38,103 nucleotides of DNA from an uncultured Haemophilus sp. (GCA_902481695.1 CABSXY010000001.1:1-38103); one strand, 5' to 3'; positions 12,325 through 24,189 are shown, counted from the first letter of the stretch. The notes: generated by a model from the letters alone, not told the origin. Made by a program: numbers and translations.

Positions 12325-13520
12325 TATTGCATTCCTTTTTCTTTTAAAACTTTATCAACGGTGAAAATATCTTTATCACCACGACCAGAGAGATTCACCA
12401 CTAAAATTTGTTCTTTATTCGGTTCTTGATGAATCATTTTTAATGCGTGTGCTAATGCATGTGAACTTTCCAATGCAGGAATAATCCCTTCATGTTTTGC
12501 TAATTCTTGGAAAGCGTTTAATGCTTCATCATCTGTAATACTTGGGTATTCTGCACGACCAATACTTTGCAAGTAAGCATGTTGAGGTCCTACAGAAGGG
12601 AAGTCTAATCCAGCAGAAATAGAGTAGGATTCTTCTACTTGGCCATCTTCAGTTTGCATTAAAGGTGATTTCATACCGAAATAAATACCCACTTTTGCAT
12701 GGCCTAATGGCGCACCATGTTCACCACTTTCAATGCCGTGACCTGCAGGTTCTATACCAATTAAACGTACACCTTTTTCATCAATAAAATCGGCAAACAT
12801 ACCAATCGCATTCGAACCACCACCGACTGCAGCAATAACAGCATCCGGTAGGCGACTTTCTTTTTCTAAGATTTGACGTTTGGTTTCTTCACCAATCATT
12901 TTTTGGAATTCACGCACAATGGTTGGGAATGGATGAGGGCCTGCCGCTGTACCCAATAAATAATGGGTATTTTCATAATTAGCTGACCAATCACGCATCG
13001 CTTCACAACACGCATCTTTTAATGAGCAAGAACCTTTTTGTACAGGAATTACTTCTGCCCCCATTAAACACATGCGGAATACGTTTGGGGATTGACGTTC
13101 TACGTCTTTTGCGCCCATATAAACACGGCAAGGCATATCTAGCATTGCACAAGCAAGGGCGGTCGCAACACCATGTTGGCCCGCACCGGTTTCGGCGATA
13201 ATGCGTGTTTTACCCATGCGTTTTGCTAATAAAATTTGACCTAACACTTGGTTGGTTTTATGGGCACCACCGTGAAGTAAATCTTCACGTTTTAAATAAA
13301 TTTTTGCTTTTGTACCTTTGGTTAAATTACGGCAAAGGGTAAGTGCGGTTGGTCTGCCCGCATAATTTTTAAGTAAATCTTGAAATTCACGTTGGAATTC
13401 AGGATCGTCTTTTGCTTCAACAAAGGCTTTTTCTAGCTGTTGTAGTACCGGTACGAGAATTTCCGGTACATACATTCCGCCAAATTCACCGAAATAAGGA
13501 TTTAAAAGGGTTTCTGACAT
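12324..13520 (-). CDS. trpB: Tryptophan synthase beta chain
   Basis: [14 protein letters not shown] (PLP lysine), [14 protein letters not shown]. Confidence 0.99.
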   Translation of the reverse strand: MSETLLNPYFGEFGGMYVPEILVPVLQQLEKAFVEAKDDPEFQREFQDLLKNYAGRPTALTLCRNLTKGTKAKIYLKREDLLHGGAHKTNQVLGQILLAKRMGKTRIIAETGAGQHGVATALACAMLDMPCRVYMGAKDVERQSPNVFRMCLMGAEVIPVQKGSCSLKDACCEAMRDWSANYENTHYLLGTAAGPHPFPTIVREFQKMIGEETKRQILEKESRLPDAVIAAVGGGSNAIGMFADFIDEKGVRLIGIEPAGHGIESGEHGAPLGHAKVGIYFGMKSPLMQTEDGQVEESYSISAGLDFPSVGPQHAYLQSIGRAEYPSITDDEALNAFQELAKHEGIIPALESSHALAHALKMIHQEPNKEQILVVNLSGRGDKDIFTVDKVLKEKGMQ

Positions 13521-13532
13521 AATATTTCCTTG

Positions 13533-14291
13533 TTATTTTTGAATTCTTGCGACATTAAGTGGTGCAAAGGTTTGTGCAGTAGGCATCACTTCAATGCGAT
13601 TAATATTGACATGTTCAGGTTGTTGATTGAGCCATAGAACAATATTAGCAATATCTTGTGGACTGACATATTCCACATTTTCATAGAGTTTTTCTGCTCG
13701 GGCATCATCACCTTTAAAGCGAACATTAGAAAATTCAGTTCCACCACAAAGACCTGGCTCAACATTGGTCACGCGAATTTGTGTGCCTGCAAGATCGGCT
13801 CGAAGATTTAAACTAAATTGTTTGATAAAAGCTTTAGTACCACCGTATATATTGCCACCTGGATAAGGATAAGTGCCCGCAATTGAGCCTAAATTAATAA
13901 TATGGCCTGAATTGCGTTCTACCATTTGTGGTAACACAAGACGAGTGATGGTGACTAGACCTTTAATATTGGTATCAATCATTTGCATCCAATCGTCTAA
14001 ACTCGCTTTATCAGCACTTTCTAAGCCTAATGCTAATCCTGCATTATTCACCAATAAATCAATGGATTGCCAACTAGCGGGAAGAGAATGGAACGCATCT
14101 TCTGTTGCTTGGCGATCTGAAATATCAAAGGCAAGAAAGTGGAAGTTTTCACCTAATTCTTGCTGTAATTGTTCTAAACGAGCTACGCGCCGCCCTGTGC
14201 CAATTACACGATAGCCATTTTCAATGAGTGTGCGACAAATTGCCGCACCAAATCCGGCAGTTGCGCCAGTTACTAACGCTGTTCTTTGCAT
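13533..14291 (-). CDS. ydfG: NADP-dependent SDR oxidoreductase (YdfG-like 3-hydroxy acid dehydrogenase)
   Basis: TGATAGFG, NNAG, YGGTK, TEFSNVRFKGD, HVNIN. Start set at MQRTALV. Confidence 0.85.
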   Translation of the reverse strand: MQRTALVTGATAGFGAAICRTLIENGYRVIGTGRRVARLEQLQQELGENFHFLAFDISDRQATEDAFHSLPASWQSIDLLVNNAGLALGLESADKASLDDWMQMIDTNIKGLVTITRLVLPQMVERNSGHIINLGSIAGTYPYPGGNIYGGTKAFIKQFSLNLRADLAGTQIRVTNVEPGLCGGTEFSNVRFKGDDARAEKLYENVEYVSPQDIANIVLWLNQQPEHVNINRIEVMPTAQTFAPLNVARIQK

Positions 14292-14314
14292 AATGCTTCC
14301 CCTTAGCAATCAGA

Positions 14315-15751
14315 TTAATTTGATAAAATCGTCTTAAAAACTGACCGCACTTTTTCACTATCTTTCACGCCAGCGGCAGTTTCTACACCAGAATTGAGAT
14401 CAACCCCTAGGCAACCTTGCTTAATGGCTTGTTCAATATTGTCAGGTGAAATGCCACCAGCCAAAATAATTTTGTGTTTCAAGTTTTCAGGAATGAGTGA
14501 CCAATTAAAGGTTTTTCCTGTGCCACCTTGTTGATTAGCAGATTGGCTATCGAAAATATAGCGAGCAATATTTAAATCATCAGTATAATCAACCGCACTT
14601 TGTGTTTCAGTATTCACCGAAATAGCTTTCCAAATTTGAGTTTCCTCTGGTAGTTGATGGCGAAGTGCCGTAATAAATTCAGCGGTTTCTGAACCGTGTA
14701 GCTGAACGGCATAAAGTTGCAATTGTTTAGCGATTTTTACAATAAAATCAATTTCTTGATTCTGGAATACGCCCACAAAACGAAGTGGTGATGCTGTCAC
14801 TAATTCTTGGGCTTGACGTAGGCTCACACAGCGTTTTGAATGTTCGGCGAAAATTAAGCCGCCGTATAATGCTCCGTTTGCGTAAACCTCTTTGACATCT
14901 TGCGTGCGAGTTAAACCGCATACTTTATTTTCTCCAAAAATCACTTTACGCACAGCATTATTTAAATCGGCGCTGCCCATTAGGCTACTGCCGATTAAAA
15001 AGCCATGTGCCACTTTTTGCAAATCACGGATTTGGGTGTGATTATAAATCCCTGATTCGCTGATAATACGTGCATCAGCAGGAATGCGATCGGCATATTT
15101 TTGTGTAAGTTCTACTACGCGGTTTAAATCAACGGTGAGATCGTGAAGATTACGATTATTGACGCCGATAATTTTTGCACCTAATGCAAGGGCACGCTCA
15201 AACTCTTCTTCGTTGCTGGTTTCCGTCAATACGCCCATGCCAAGAGAATGCGCAAGCTCAGCCAGTACGCGATAGGTTTCATCATTCACCACTGAAAGCA
15301 TCAATAAAATAGCATCAGCTTGATAGTGGCGCGCGAGATAAACCTGATATTCGCTGATCATAAAATCTTTGCACAATACAGGTTGTGAGACAACGTCACG
15401 TACTTGCGGCAAATAGTCAAATTTACCTTGGAAGTATTTCTCATCTGTTAGCACAGAAACAGCTGATGCATAATGTTTATACACATTGGCGATTTCATCT
15501 AAATTAAATTCATCACGAATTAATCCTTTAGAAGGGGACGCTTTCTTACATTCCAAAATATAAGCGGGCTTTTGATGGGTGCCTTTAGCCAACGCATCAT
15601 AAAAAGAGCGGTCAGATTTTTGAATGTTTTCTTTAAATTGTGAAAGCGGAAATTCAGCTTCCTTTGCTTTAACCCATTGTGCTTTGTCTAAGACGATTTT
15701 TTGTAGCACCGTAGCAGAGTCAATCGGTTTAGTGAAATCTTGCGTGATCAT
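14315..15751 (-). CDS. trpCF: Bifunctional indole-3-glycerol-phosphate synthase / PRA isomerase
   Basis: [23 protein letters not shown], then KVCGLT, QLHG, GGTG, ILAGG. Confidence 0.97.
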   Translation of the reverse strand: MITQDFTKPIDSATVLQKIVLDKAQWVKAKEAEFPLSQFKENIQKSDRSFYDALAKGTHQKPAYILECKKASPSKGLIRDEFNLDEIANVYKHYASAVSVLTDEKYFQGKFDYLPQVRDVVSQPVLCKDFMISEYQVYLARHYQADAILLMLSVVNDETYRVLAELAHSLGMGVLTETSNEEEFERALALGAKIIGVNNRNLHDLTVDLNRVVELTQKYADRIPADARIISESGIYNHTQIRDLQKVAHGFLIGSSLMGSADLNNAVRKVIFGENKVCGLTRTQDVKEVYANGALYGGLIFAEHSKRCVSLRQAQELVTASPLRFVGVFQNQEIDFIVKIAKQLQLYAVQLHGSETAEFITALRHQLPEETQIWKAISVNTETQSAVDYTDDLNIARYIFDSQSANQQGGTGKTFNWSLIPENLKHKIILAGGISPDNIEQAIKQGCLGVDLNSGVETAAGVKDSEKVRSVFKTILSN

Positions 15752-15792
15752 AATCTTTCTTCTTATTGTGGCTTATCAAATCAGCCTTTATC

Positions 15793-16794
15793 TTAATATT
15801 TTGTTAAGTGTTGTAATGTATCAAACGCTTTGCCTGATGCAAGATGAGCCAACACATGTTGAACATTTTGTTTTAAGTCATCATGACCAAATAATTTCAG
15901 CAATAATGCCACATTTGCCGCTACCGCATTAGCATGTTCAGCTTTGCCTTTACCTTGTAAAAGTGCGGTCAGATATTGGGCATTTTCTTGCGGTTCGCCA
16001 CCACGTAAACTTTCTAAAGATTGTGTTTTTAAACCAAAATCTTCAGGTGTTAAGGTGAAGTAGTCAATTTTACCGTTTTTAATTTCTGCCACTTGGGTTT
16101 CGCCGTGTACGGCAACTTCATCAAGACCAGCACCATGAACGACAAAAGTATGTTGATGACCTAATGCGACAGCGGTTTCAGCATAGGTTTTCACTAATTC
16201 AGGTGCATACACACCAAGCAAATGATAAGTTGGGCGAGCAGGATTAATTAATGGACCTAAAATATTAAAAAGCGTACGTGTTTTTAATGCAGCACGAACA
16301 GGGGCGACATGTTTAAACCCACTGTGATATTGTTGAGCAAATAAGAAACATACGCCAATATCATCAAGCGCTTGACGAGCTTGTTCTGGAGTGACGTTGA
16401 CATTCACACCGAGTGCGGTTAATACATCACTGGCACCTGATTTGCTTGATACGCTACGGTTACCGTGTTTGGCTACTTTTGCACCCATAGAGGCTGCAAC
16501 AATGGCGCTAGCAGTAGAAATATTAATCGTGTTTTGACCATCACCGCCAGTACCCACAATATCCGCAAAAGGGTAGTCAGGACGAGGGAATGATTTGGCA
16601 TTTTTTAAGGATGCCGATACCGCACCACTTAATTCATCGATAGTGGCGCCACGTACTTTTAACGCAATCAGCATGGCAGCGATTTGTTCGTTATTCAGTT
16701 CGCCTTGCATAATAGCATTAAAAATGACCGCACTTTCTTCTCTGTTAAGTGTTTTTCCGTTGTAAAGTTGTTCTAATAATTGAGCCGTTTGCAT
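15793..16794 (-). CDS. trpD: Anthranilate phosphoribosyltransferase
   Basis: [36 protein letters not shown]. Confidence 0.98.
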   Translation of the reverse strand: MQTAQLLEQLYNGKTLNREESAVIFNAIMQGELNNEQIAAMLIALKVRGATIDELSGAVSASLKNAKSFPRPDYPFADIVGTGGDGQNTINISTASAIVAASMGAKVAKHGNRSVSSKSGASDVLTALGVNVNVTPEQARQALDDIGVCFLFAQQYHSGFKHVAPVRAALKTRTLFNILGPLINPARPTYHLLGVYAPELVKTYAETAVALGHQHTFVVHGAGLDEVAVHGETQVAEIKNGKIDYFTLTPEDFGLKTQSLESLRGGEPQENAQYLTALLQGKGKAEHANAVAANVALLLKLFGHDDLKQNVQHVLAHLASGKAFDTLQHLTKY

Positions 16795-16805
16795 AATCTC
16801 GTCCC

Positions 16806-17201
<396 letters not shown>

Positions 17202-17786
17202 TTAATCTCTGTTTAATAACCATTCCACAGATTGTTGTAATAATTTCGAACCTTGCACAGTAAGGATGCTTTCTGGATGGAATTGGAAAGCACAAATTGG
17301 CAAGATTTTATGACGAATCGCCATCACGATACCATTGTAATCGGCATTGACAATAAATTCGTCAGGCAGATTTTTACCCATTAAAGAGTGATAACGTGCC
17401 ACAGGCATTGGGTTGGCGATATCTTTAAACATGGCTTGGTTATCGTGTTGAATGCGCGATACTTTACCATGTAATACTTCGCCTGCATGTACAACCTCTC
17501 CACCAAAGGCTTGAATAAGTGCTTGATGACCCAAGCAAATCCCGATAATTGGCACATCATTTTTTAAACGTTCAATGAGCGGGAGTAAGATGCCTGCTTC
17601 TGCCGGAGTACCAGGCCCTGGAGAGAGCGCAAGAATCGTATCGGGTGTATTTAATGCTTCTTGCACCACTTGTTCTAAATTGGTGTCATTACGATAAATT
17701 TTTACGTTATGCCCAAGCACACGAAATTGATCCACTAAGTTATAAGTGAATGAATCGAAATTATCTAAAAAGAGAATATTAGCCAT
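17202..17786 (-). CDS. trpG: Anthranilate synthase component II (glutamine amidotransferase)
   Basis: LDNFDSFTYNL, SPGPG, GICLGHQ, RYHSL, QFHPES. Confidence 0.98.
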   Translation of the reverse strand: MANILFLDNFDSFTYNLVDQFRVLGHNVKIYRNDTNLEQVVQEALNTPDTILALSPGPGTPAEAGILLPLIERLKNDVPIIGICLGHQALIQAFGGEVVHAGEVLHGKVSRIQHDNQAMFKDIANPMPVARYHSLMGKNLPDEFIVNADYNGIVMAIRHKILPICAFQFHPESILTVQGSKLLQQSVEWLLNRD

Positions 17787-17798
17787 AATTTATCGTCC

Positions 17799-19349
17799 TT
17801 ATTTTGCTTGGGTATTGATTTGTTTGATAGCTTTAAGCACTGCAGCCGCTTTATGGCGAGTTTCATCCGCTTCCATTTGTGGATCAGAATCCAATACTTC
17901 GCCACAGCCGGCTTGAATATGGGCAATGCCGTTTTGTACAAAAGCAGAACGAATCACGATACAGGTATCAAAACGACCATCAGACGTGAGATAGCCGACC
18001 GCACCGCCGTAGCTGTGACGTTTTTGCTGTTCAAATTGATAAATTAACTGCATCGCTTTAATTTTAGGCGCACCAGTTAACGTCCCCATATTCATACAAG
18101 CTTGATAAGCGTGTAAGGCATCAAGTTCAGGACGAAGTTTACCCACTACGCGAGAAACCAAATGCATGATGTGCGAATAGCGATCTACTTGCATTAATTC
18201 GGCTACTTTACGTGTACCGCTTTGGCACACGCGAGCAATGTCATTACGCGCTAAATCTACCAACATTAAATGTTCGGCTTGTTCTTTATGATCAAGACGT
18301 AATTCTAATTCCAAACGTGCATCCAATTCTGGGTCAATGTTACCATGCGCATCAAAACCGCGCGGGCGAGACCCCGCAATTGGGTAGATTTCTAATTGGC
18401 GATTGTCAGGCGCATATTTCAACGCACTTTCTGGTGAAGCGCCGAATAAAATGAAATCCTCATCGTTCATGTAGAACATATAAGGGCTTGGATTGTTAAG
18501 TTTTAATTGTGCGTAGCTCGCAAGAGTATTCGGGCAAGCTAATGAAAAACGGCGGGATGGCACGATTTGGAACACATCACCAATATTAATATGATGTTTT
18601 AATGCTTTTACAATGCTGATAAATTCAGGATCTTCAAAGTTGGTGCTGACCTCATCACTTGCTGCTTTAATGGAAAGTACGCCATCAATATTTTTTAATT
18701 TTTGAGCAATAGAAAGTGCCGTTTTCGCGACTTCCACTTGTTCTTCTTGGCTAAAGCAAAAGCTTTTTAATGTGGCTTGTTGGCTTTGGTGATCGATGGT
18801 GATTAAGTTTTCTGCGAGATAGAAACTGTAATCCGGGCAGTTAATGCCATCATCTTTTAATTCAACACCTTGCATTGGAATGAAATTTGCCACCAAATCA
18901 TAAGCAAATAAACCACCTAAAAAGACTGGCGTGCTGCTATGTTGATAATGGTTAGAAATGACACGAAGTCCATCAAAAATGGTTGCAGCTTGTAATTTGC
19001 TGTCTTCATCTAATTGATTGTCGAGTGGCGCGAATTGTACAGAAAATTCATTCTCAAAATTGACCGCACTTACGGTACTAAGTTGGCTTAATACAGGATG
19101 AATTTCGTTTAACACTTGTTTGCCGTTCGCATTCAGTGCTCTAAAGGTCACCTGATTGCCTAAACAAGTAATTTTAACGGCAGCATTAATCAAAATAAGG
19201 CTCTGTAAGCTATTTTTACTACCAATTTCGGCAGAGTCGAGGAGAAGAGAATTTGAGTTCTGTTTGCAAAGCGTATTAAAAATTGCGGTAGTGTCGGCAT
19301 GATAGGGAACCGGTTGAGAGGTCACCGCAATAAAAGGGGTATTTTTCAT
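17799..19349 (-). CDS. trpE: Anthranilate synthase component I
   Basis: LLDS, NPSPYM, GASPE, PIAGSRPRG, AEHLMLVDLARND. ATG at 19349 lies 7 nt after an AGGA SD. Confidence 0.98.
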   Translation of the reverse strand: MKNTPFIAVTSQPVPYHADTTAIFNTLCKQNSNSLLLDSAEIGSKNSLQSLILINAAVKITCLGNQVTFRALNANGKQVLNEIHPVLSQLSTVSAVNFENEFSVQFAPLDNQLDEDSKLQAATIFDGLRVISNHYQHSSTPVFLGGLFAYDLVANFIPMQGVELKDDGINCPDYSFYLAENLITIDHQSQQATLKSFCFSQEEQVEVAKTALSIAQKLKNIDGVLSIKAASDEVSTNFEDPEFISIVKALKHHINIGDVFQIVPSRRFSLACPNTLASYAQLKLNNPSPYMFYMNDEDFILFGASPESALKYAPDNRQLEIYPIAGSRPRGFDAHGNIDPELDARLELELRLDHKEQAEHLMLVDLARNDIARVCQSGTRKVAELMQVDRYSHIMHLVSRVVGKLRPELDALHAYQACMNMGTLTGAPKIKAMQLIYQFEQQKRHSYGGAVGYLTSDGRFDTCIVIRSAFVQNGIAHIQAGCGEVLDSDPQMEADETRHKAAAVLKAIKQINTQAK

Positions 19350-19366
19350 AATCAATCCTGTATTTT

Positions 19367-19408
19367 GAACTTTTGCACTATTAAACTAGTACATAATGCA
19401 TAAGTCAA
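19367..19408 (-). promoter_or_regulatory. trp promoter overlapped by a TrpR operator
   Basis: GCACTATTAAACTAGTAC at 19375-19392 matches 15/18 of GTACTAGTTAACTAGTAC, with an extra GAACT half-site at 19367. Minus-strand TTGACT-17-TTTAAT. Confidence 0.85.
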
Positions 19409-19492
19409 GAAAATAATCAAAAAATTGGCGTAATTTTACAATATTTTTTTAATTTTTAACCAATAAGATTAGAAATAGAGATTTTCAATCAG

Positions 19493-19529
19493 AAAAAAAG
19501 CCATTTCGAGGCATATCTCAAAATGGCTT
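19493..19529 (-). terminator. Terminator of azoR, insulating the trp promoter
   Basis: AAGCCATTTTGAG/CTCGAAATGGCTT hairpin followed by a T-run on the minus strand. Confidence 0.8.
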
Positions 19530-19552
19530 AATAGAAGAAGGATATTCAGTGA

Positions 19553-20134
19553 TTAGAGAGAAGCAACGATCTCATCAATTTTATTTCTTGCTGAACGTTG
19601 TGCTTTTTCAATTGCCTCTGCACCTAATCCGATACCTTTTGCATAAGCAAACTGAACATCGGTAATGCCAACAAAACCTAAAATAGCTTTTAAGTAATTC
19701 GTCACATTGTTGTTTTCATCATACATGCCACCAAAAGTTGCTAATACAATCGCTTTTTTACCTTGAAGTAAACCTTCAGGGCCATTTGCGGTGTATTGGA
19801 AAGTCACACGAGGGCGAGCGATAAAATCAAAATAAGATTTAAGTTGTGTTGGGATGCCTAAGTTATACATTGGCGCCCCAATGACGATGACATCCGCAGC
19901 CTTTAATTCCGCCACTAATTCATCTGATAGTGCTAAAAGTGCATTTTCTTCTGCTGTTTTAGGCTCGCCACGTACCGCTGTTGCCGCCGTTGCATCAAAA
20001 TAGGGAAGGGGTTGCGCCGCTAAATCACGTACTACAATGTTGTGGTCTTTTAATTTTTCAATGGTGTAATCGGCTAATTTATTGCTTTGAGAGTTATCTG
20101 CAAGGATGCTTGATTTTAATACTAATACGTTCAT
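19553..20134 (-). CDS. azoR: FMN-dependent NADH-azoreductase (AzoR/AcpD)
   Basis: [36 protein letters not shown]. Confidence 0.93.
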   Translation of the reverse strand: MNVLVLKSSILADNSQSNKLADYTIEKLKDHNIVVRDLAAQPLPYFDATAATAVRGEPKTAEENALLALSDELVAELKAADVIVIGAPMYNLGIPTQLKSYFDFIARPRVTFQYTANGPEGLLQGKKAIVLATFGGMYDENNNVTNYLKAILGFVGITDVQFAYAKGIGLGAEAIEKAQRSARNKIDEIVASL

Positions 20135-20354
20135 AGAGTTTCCTTTAATTTGTGTTTGTCAAAAGTTCGGTCATTTTATCGGAAATTTTGAATAGATAAA
20201 GTCGCTATAAGGAAAATCATTGTTTACTAATTGGAAAGAATTCAGCGAGATATTAACAAGTGTGGTGGAAAGTGCTAAAATTCTCCGCCGCACTTGGTTT
20301 GCTCGATAGTGGGAGTGAATGAAAGTGCGGTTTGTTTTTAATCATTATTTGCAT

Positions 20355-20375
20355 GTTGCCTTTCGTATGGGCGAC
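20355..20375 (+). promoter_or_regulatory. thrS translational operator: tRNA-Thr anticodon-mimic hairpin
   Basis: Stem GUUGCCU/GGGCGAC closes a 7-nt loop UU-CGU-AU just 5' of the AAGGA SD. CGU is a Thr anticodon. Confidence 0.8.
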
Positions 20376-20394
20376 CACTGTATAAGGAAAAATT

Positions 20395-22326
20395 ATGCCT
20401 ATTATTACTTTACCGGACGGTTCTAAACGTGAATTTGATCGTCCAGTTTCTGTGTTAGAAGTGGCTCAAGATATCGGAGCCGGTCTTGCCAAAGCAACCA
20501 TCGCTGGCCGTGTAAACGGTGAACGTCGTGATGCGTGTGACATCATCAATGAAGATGCCAACCTTGAAATTATTACAGCAAAAGATGAAGACGGTTTAGA
20601 AATTATTCGTCACTCTTGCGCACACTTGCTAGGTCACGCAATCAAACAATTATTCCCAGATGTCAAAATGGCAATCGGTCCAACGATTGAAAATGGCTTC
20701 TATTATGACGTGGATTTAGACCGTTCTTTAACGCAAGAAGACATTGATGCTATCGAAAAACGTATGCTTGAATTGGCGAAAACCAATTATGACGTGATCA
20801 AAACTCCGGTAAGCTGGCAAGAAGCAAGAGATACTTTTGAAAAACGCGGCGAGCCATACAAAATGGCTATTTTAGATGAAAACATCGAACGTACCGCAAC
20901 GCCTGCGCTTTATCATCACGAAGAATACATTGATATGTGTCGTGGGCCACATGTGCCAAATATGCGTTTCTGCCACAATTTCAAATTAATGAAGGTTGCA
21001 GGTGCGTACTGGCGTGGTGATAGCAAAAATAAAATGTTACAACGTATCTACGGTACGGCTTGGGCTGATAAAAAACAATTAGCGGAATACTTAACTCGCT
21101 TAGAAGAAGCGGCAAAACGTGACCACCGTAAAATCGGTAAAGCGTTAGATTTATATCATATGCAAGAAGAAGCACCGGGTATGGTGTTCTGGCATAACGA
21201 TGGTTGGACAATTTTCCGTGAATTGGAAACCTTCGTACGTACTAAATTAAAAGAATACGATTATCAAGAAGTGAAAGGTCCGTTCATGATGGACCGTGTG
21301 TTATGGGAAAAAACAGGTCACTGGCAAAACTACGGCGATTTGATGTTTACTACACAATCAGAAAACCGTGAATATGCGATTAAACCAATGAACTGCCCGG
21401 GACACGTTCAAATCTTTAACCAAGGTTTAAAATCTTACCGTGATTTACCAATCCGTATGGCGGAATTTGGTTCTTGTCACCGTAATGAACCATCGGGTTC
21501 TTTACACGGTTTAATGCGTGTCCGTGGTTTCACTCAAGATGATGCACACATTTTCTGTACTGAAGATCAAATTGAAAGTGAAGTAACCAGCTGTATCAAA
21601 ATGGTTTACGACATTTACAGCACGTTCGGTTTCCAAAATATTCAGGTGAAATTATCTACTCGTCCTGAAAAACGTATTGGTGCAGATGATATGTGGGATC
21701 GTGCAGAAGCAGGTCTTGCGGCAGCATTAGCACATAACGGTCTTGAATATGAAATTCAAGAGGGTGAAGGTGCATTCTATGGTCCGAAAATTGAGTTTGC
21801 ATTACGTGACTGCTTAGATCGTGAATGGCAATGCGGTACTATCCAATTAGACTTCGCATTACCAGGCCGTCTAAATGCGTCTTATGTGGCAGAAGACAAT
21901 GATCGTCGTACACCGGTTATGATTCACCGTGCGATTTTAGGTTCAATTGAACGTTTCATCGGTATTATCACCGAAGAATATGCGGGTTTCTTCCCAGCAT
22001 GGTTAGCGCCAGTTCAAGCGATTGTGATGAACATTACAGATAGCCAAGCAGACTATGTTCAAAAAGTGGTGAAACAACTTTCTGATGCGGGATTACGCGT
22101 TAAAGCTGATTTACGTAATGAAAAAGTTGGCTTCAAGATCCGCGAACATACCTTACGTCGCGTGCCTTATATGCTCGTTTGCGGTGATAAAGAAATCGCA
22201 GAAGGCAAAGTGGCCGTACGTACCCGTAAAGGTGCAGATTTAGGTACTTTCACCATTGAAGAATTTGCTGAAATCTTAAAATCCCAAGTAAGACACCGTG
22301 AGTTGAAATTGTTGGGTGAAGAGTAG
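20395..22326 (+). CDS. thrS: Threonyl-tRNA synthetase
   Basis: [41 protein letters not shown]. Confidence 0.99.
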   Translation: MPIITLPDGSKREFDRPVSVLEVAQDIGAGLAKATIAGRVNGERRDACDIINEDANLEIITAKDEDGLEIIRHSCAHLLGHAIKQLFPDVKMAIGPTIENGFYYDVDLDRSLTQEDIDAIEKRMLELAKTNYDVIKTPVSWQEARDTFEKRGEPYKMAILDENIERTATPALYHHEEYIDMCRGPHVPNMRFCHNFKLMKVAGAYWRGDSKNKMLQRIYGTAWADKKQLAEYLTRLEEAAKRDHRKIGKALDLYHMQEEAPGMVFWHNDGWTIFRELETFVRTKLKEYDYQEVKGPFMMDRVLWEKTGHWQNYGDLMFTTQSENREYAIKPMNCPGHVQIFNQGLKSYRDLPIRMAEFGSCHRNEPSGSLHGLMRVRGFTQDDAHIFCTEDQIESEVTSCIKMVYDIYSTFGFQNIQVKLSTRPEKRIGADDMWDRAEAGLAAALAHNGLEYEIQEGEGAFYGPKIEFALRDCLDREWQCGTIQLDFALPGRLNASYVAEDNDRRTPVMIHRAILGSIERFIGIITEEYAGFFPAWLAPVQAIVMNITDSQADYVQKVVKQLSDAGLRVKADLRNEKVGFKIREHTLRRVPYMLVCGDKEIAEGKVAVRTRKGADLGTFTIEEFAEILKSQVRHRELKLLGEE

Positions 22327-22335
22327 TTAATCTAT

Positions 22336-22370
22336 AAAATCGGTACACTAAAAAGTGTGCCGATTTTTTT
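22336..22370 (+). terminator. Terminator after thrS
   Basis: AAAATCGGTACACT/AGTGTGCCGATTTT plus T-run. Confidence 0.88.
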
Positions 22371-22423
22371 ATATTTTATAAAATTGCGAGTAGTAATTTT
22401 TATCATAGGATTGGTAATTAGAA

Positions 22424-23299
22424 ATGACAGTAATTTCCATAGATGATATTCGAAAAATTGATGATCAATTAATTTCTCAAAATGTTTTAATTCATCAGAG
22501 ACCTTTCCAGACCACATTAGAGTGGATGCGTTTAAATAAGATTCAAGGAGATATATCCAGTTTCTATAAAACAGTGGAAGATATATATCAGAAACTTTAT
22601 CCTCGACAAAAATTTAGTATTCCTAATTTGTTAATTGGTGGTATTGCTTTTAGAGATCAAATATATATAACTAGAATACCGGTTATCTATGGAATGGCAG
22701 GGATTAACTTATTTGATTTTGTTGATATTGATCCTTCTGAGTTAGCATTAATGCATAATGTCTATTTTGAACAATATAAAAAAGCAGTATATTCCATTTG
22801 CGATTTATATGATATAGCCTTTGGCATAGATGATATTCTTAAAGAAAAAGAATCTAATGAAATCCTGGTGTATTGGTTAGAAATGATTTTGTCTTCAACT
22901 ATGTCTGCAGCATTTGCTTTATCGGAGAATATTAATCTTGCTAATGCAATTCAATCATCACTACTTTCGGTAGAGTTAGCTGCTAAATCTAGTTTAATGT
23001 ACTTAGGTTGTGGTCATAAATATATAAGATCCTTAGGACATGATAAGGAGTATATTAAAGCAAGTCTAATTTCCTATAAGATAATAAATGAAGATGATGT
23101 TTTTTGGGAAATATATGATCCGTTACCTGAATATGTCAAGACAAGATATAATCCACAAAACCTCAGTAAACAAGCATTAGTAGATATTGCAATTAAATCA
23201 CAGTTTTTAGTATCCGAAATCATTAGAAAAATTAGTAAGAGAAATCTAGCAGAGTCCATACAGTTAGAACGAGAGTTTATTAGACCTTCTTTAAAATAG
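22424..23299 (+). CDS. AT-rich hypothetical protein with a HEPN-like C-terminal domain
   Basis: 291-aa ORF. The pattern SVELAAKSSL...LGHD...YVKTRY resembles the HEPN ExxxK / HD / RY signature. Many ATA/AGA codons and no USS. Confidence 0.65.
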   Translation: MTVISIDDIRKIDDQLISQNVLIHQRPFQTTLEWMRLNKIQGDISSFYKTVEDIYQKLYPRQKFSIPNLLIGGIAFRDQIYITRIPVIYGMAGINLFDFVDIDPSELALMHNVYFEQYKKAVYSICDLYDIAFGIDDILKEKESNEILVYWLEMILSSTMSAAFALSENINLANAIQSSLLSVELAAKSSLMYLGCGHKYIRSLGHDKEYIKASLISYKIINEDDVFWEIYDPLPEYVKTRYNPQNLSKQALVDIAIKSQFLVSEIIRKISKRNLAESIQLEREFIRPSLK

Positions 23300-23370
23300 G
23301 CGTGAAAGTGTATTAACAAACTCAAATTCATTTTTCTTCTATATAATAGCCTTATCACAAGGAGGCGAAC

Positions 23371-24189
23371 ATGACAGATCAAATTCAACAATTAACACCA
23401 GAATTAACTTTAGAACGTATCAATGAAATTCCTGTTTTAACTTTAAATCACTCTGTAGGTTCAGCTCGAATTGCACTACAAGGGGCACAGCTATTAAATT
23501 GGCAGCCTAAAGGGGCAGAGCAGGATATTTTTTGGTTAAGTGAGATTGAACCTTTCACACAAGGTGTGGCAATTCGCGGTGGTGTGCCAATTTGTTACCC
23601 TTGGTTTGGAGGCGTTAAACAACCTTCACACGGTACAGCGCGTTTACGTTTGTGGCAATTGAGTGATTATGATCTACAAGCGAATGAAGTGCGGTTAGAA
23701 TTTTCACTGTTTTCTGAATATGGTGTGATTGAAGCCAAAATGAAAATGGAATTTACCGATAAATGCACAATGACTTTAACGCATTTAGGACAAGAACCTG
23801 CTCAAGCCGCATTACACAGTTATTTTAATATTGGTGATATTTCACAAATTGAAGTTCAAAATTTACCAAGCCGTTGTTATGACTCATTACAAGGTAAACA
23901 TACTGATGTTCCTTCAACACGCAGAATAGAACAAGGTGTGGATTGTATTTATACGTTAGAGAAAGATAAAACATTGTTGGTGGATAAAGCATTTAATCGA
24001 CGTATTCAAATTACCCATCATCATGCAGATTCAATTGTGCTATGGAATCCTTGGGAGAAAACACTAAGTGCGATGCAACCAGAAGGATATAGAACAATGG
24101 TATGTATTGAAACCGCAAGATTAGAAAAATTGCTTCAATTTGGAGAGAGTATTTCAGCTGAAATAAGTGCTTTAACCACTGATATTTAA
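23371..24189 (+). CDS. D-hexose-6-phosphate mutarotase (YeaD-like, aldose 1-epimerase family)
   Basis: QGAQLL, AIRGGVPICYPWFG, HGTAR, ALHSYF, VLWNPW, MVCIE. Confidence 0.9.
   Translation: MTDQIQQLTPELTLERINEIPVLTLNHSVGSARIALQGAQLLNWQPKGAEQDIFWLSEIEPFTQGVAIRGGVPICYPWFGGVKQPSHGTARLRLWQLSDYDLQANEVRLEFSLFSEYGVIEAKMKMEFTDKCTMTLTHLGQEPAQAALHSYFNIGDISQIEVQNLPSRCYDSLQGKHTDVPSTRRIEQGVDCIYTLEKDKTLLVDKAFNRRIQITHHHADSIVLWNPWEKTLSAMQPEGYRTMVCIETARLEKLLQFGESISAEISALTTDI

Noticed and set aside
22371..23370. Mobile element boundaries around the HEPN-like gene
   Set aside because: No terminal inverted repeats, direct repeats, att-like sites or recombinase seen.
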